Source: Candidatus Faecisoma merdavium (GTDB taxonomy: Bacteria; Bacillota_I; Bacilli_A; RF39; UBA660). Taken from it: a stretch of DNA of 39,628 nucleotides. The stretch spans positions 1-39,628 of the forward strand of contig DVJX01000048.1 in the NCBI GenBank assembly GCA_018716405.1, written 5' to 3'. The position numbers and the translations under genes are program-made. This document shows positions 37,944-39,628 of the stretch, in pieces. Under the pieces are notes generated by a model. The model was not told where the DNA came from, made no database searches, and saw only the letters and a program-made list of their open reading frames with translations. The number at the start of each line of letters is the position of its first letter. Position 1 is the first letter of the stretch.

Positions 37944-39218
37944 ATGAAAAAAAATATGAAATTTAAAGTAATGTTATTTATAATATTAACAATCATAGTA
38001 GTTTGTTTATTTTTCTTTTTTAATAAAAAAGAGGAAGTAAATAATCCAGAAAGTAATATAGATAATCCTAGTGAAGAACAAAATAATGAAGTAGAAAACA
38101 AACCAGATGAAGTTGGAACTAATTATTTAAATGATATAAAATATACAGTTAAAGTTGATAAAGAAATAGAAGATGTAATAGTTGAATTTTTAAACGTTTA
38201 TTATAATTCAATTAAAGAATTAAAAGAAAATGACATGACTTATCTATTTAAAGATTCTACTTCAGAACAAGCTTTAATAAATCAAACAGCAGTATCCTTA
38301 TTAATTGAAACTAGAAAATTAAAACCAAATGATTTAAGTTTAGATAAAGCAAAATATGATTTAGATTTTATTGAAGTAAATACTAATGGTAATGCAGTAA
38401 ATATTACTGTATTAGAAAATAATTATTTAAACTTTAATTTTATGAAAGAAATTGAATCTAAAATTTACAATATTGAAAATGAATTTACTTTAGAAAAAGT
38501 AGATGGTAAATATAAAATAACTAAATATAATAAAGTTCAAGATTTTTTTGTTATGATAACTGATTTATATAGTGGTGGTGGTAAAACTAAATTAGATCAA
38601 ATTAAGCAAGATTATTTAGACTTAATAAATGAAAAACTAAAAAAAGATAGAAAAGATTATAATGACTTCTTAAATGGAACAGGTATAAATAGGAAAACTT
38701 GTGATCATGAATATAATAGGGAAGAGGCTTTAAAACAAACTGTTTGGGTTAATAAAAGAGATCCTGAATGGATGGAGTTTGATTCTAATTGTCAAAATTT
38801 TGCGTCTCAAGTATTATATAGCGGTGGAATTCCTATGGATTATACTGGTAGTGCTTCACAATATTTACAATGGAAAGGTTATGATTATTCATATAATGAA
38901 AGTGAAACAGCAAGTGGGTTGGTTTATACTTGGACGTATGTTCCATATTTTAGAGAATATGCTTTAAATAATACAGGGTATGGATTATGTGCAACAGTAG
39001 ATGAAAACTTATATTATGCTGAAGCAGGCGATGTTATTCATGTAGGTACTACTGGACCTACTAGACATGCTTTAGTTGTAATAGGCGATTATAAAAAAGA
39101 TGGTAAAACAATTGATATATTAGTTAATTCAAATACAGTTGATTTAGAAAACTATCCTATTTCTGCTTATTCGTATCCTTATGTTAGTTTAATTAAAGTT
39201 TATGGATGGAATGAATGA
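37944..39218 (+). CDS. Membrane-anchored putative amidase (Amidase_6/YhbB-like C-terminal domain)
   Basis: N-terminal TM; YNREEA, NCQNFASQVLYSGGIPM, GDVI, HALVV, NSNT. Confidence 0.75.
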   Translation: MKKNMKFKVMLFIILTIIVVCLFFFFNKKEEVNNPESNIDNPSEEQNNEVENKPDEVGTNYLNDIKYTVKVDKEIEDVIVEFLNVYYNSIKELKENDMTYLFKDSTSEQALINQTAVSLLIETRKLKPNDLSLDKAKYDLDFIEVNTNGNAVNITVLENNYLNFNFMKEIESKIYNIENEFTLEKVDGKYKITKYNKVQDFFVMITDLYSGGGKTKLDQIKQDYLDLINEKLKKDRKDYNDFLNGTGINRKTCDHEYNREEALKQTVWVNKRDPEWMEFDSNCQNFASQVLYSGGIPMDYTGSASQYLQWKGYDYSYNESETASGLVYTWTYVPYFREYALNNTGYGLCATVDENLYYAEAGDVIHVGTTGPTRHALVVIGDYKKDGKTIDILVNSNTVDLENYPISAYSYPYVSLIKVYGWNE

Positions 39219-39334
39219 AAAAAGATATTATAAAAATAATAGCAATTATATTAATAATAATTGGATGTATTGTTATATACAATAAAATAGATACGAATAA
39301 AGAAGTTGAAATTGTAAGTTTAGAAATTTTCTAA
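39215..39334 (+). CDS. 39-aa hydrophobic peptide, absent from ORF track
   Basis: ATGA overlap with the amidase stop; MKKDIIKIIAIILIIIGCIVIYNKIDTNKEVEIVSLEIF; ends inside hairpin AAGTTTAGAAA-T-TTTCTAAACTT. Confidence 0.5.
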   Translation: MKKDIIKIIAIILIIIGCIVIYNKIDTNKEVEIVSLEIF

Positions 39335-39370
39335 ACTTTTTTGTAATAAAAAAAGATAGAATAATCTATC

Positions 39371-39628
39371 TTAGCAAGCATTTTTATATTCACAATAATA
39401 TGCATAATATTCATCGTAGGTTAAACCGCTTTCTTTTACTTTAGTAGCTAGATCTTTACCAACGTATCTATAATGCCATGATTCATAGTTGTATCCAGTT
39501 ATATATTCTTTACCTTTAGGATATCTCAATATAAATCCATATAAGTGAGCATTTTCTTGTAGCCATTCAAATTCTAAAGTATTTTCAAATTCATTTCCAA
39601 CATCTCCATCTGTAACTATATCTAATGC
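39371..39628 (-). CDS. Second M15B (VanY-like) carboxypeptidase, 3' part only
   Basis: Manual translation: ALDIV...FEWLQENAHLYGFILRYPKGKEYITGYNYESWHYRYVG...NAC*. The start lies beyond the window. Confidence 0.9.
   Translation of the reverse strand, partial: ALDIVTDGDVGNEFENTLEFEWLQENAHLYGFILRYPKGKEYITGYNYESWHYRYVGKDLATKVKESGLTYDEYYAYYCEYKNAC

Noticed and set aside
691-38967. Remaining short track ORFs nested in or antisense to long genes (e.g. 691, 1626, 1913, 7583, 12022, 18974, 20780, 21814, 26320, 28105, 29960, 30334, 30681, 36720, 38779)
   Set aside because: They overlap well-supported genes and show no recognisable motifs; treated as spurious.

Overview
A very AT-rich chromosomal segment (standard code, TGA = stop) from a Bacilli-type firmicute. 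Its Bacillus-like gene order, compact genes and spore-type genes suggest an uncultured RF39-like lineage, which is an inference. The core backbone is ackA, a DHH phosphoesterase, dnaD-nth, ponA-recU, gpsB-rnpB (type B RNase P RNA), rodZ-like-pgsA-recA, rny, lon, rnj, ftsY-ylxM and dnaB-dnaI. Accessory or unusual elements are: (i) a 5'-truncated Cys-rich tandem-repeat surface protein ending in a VirB2/TrbC-pilin-like hairpin; (ii) a partnerless HerA-like ATPase between recA and rny; (iii) a divergent XRE/XRE pair with two palindromic operators and no prophage; (iv) a DpnII-type restriction-modification cassette with an extra membrane-anchored ORF inside it; (v) scattered sporulation genes (CotD-, YmaG/CotT-, YlxY- and YhbB-like) with matching sigmaK-like promoters, plus a perfect Spo0A box ahead of an unannotated 29-aa ORF; (vi) a GtrA/GtrB plus two GT-C surface-glycosylation locus with two VanY-like carboxypeptidases. 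No CRISPR array, tRNA, rRNA, transposase or integrase was seen. All family calls come from motif recognition by eye, not database searches.
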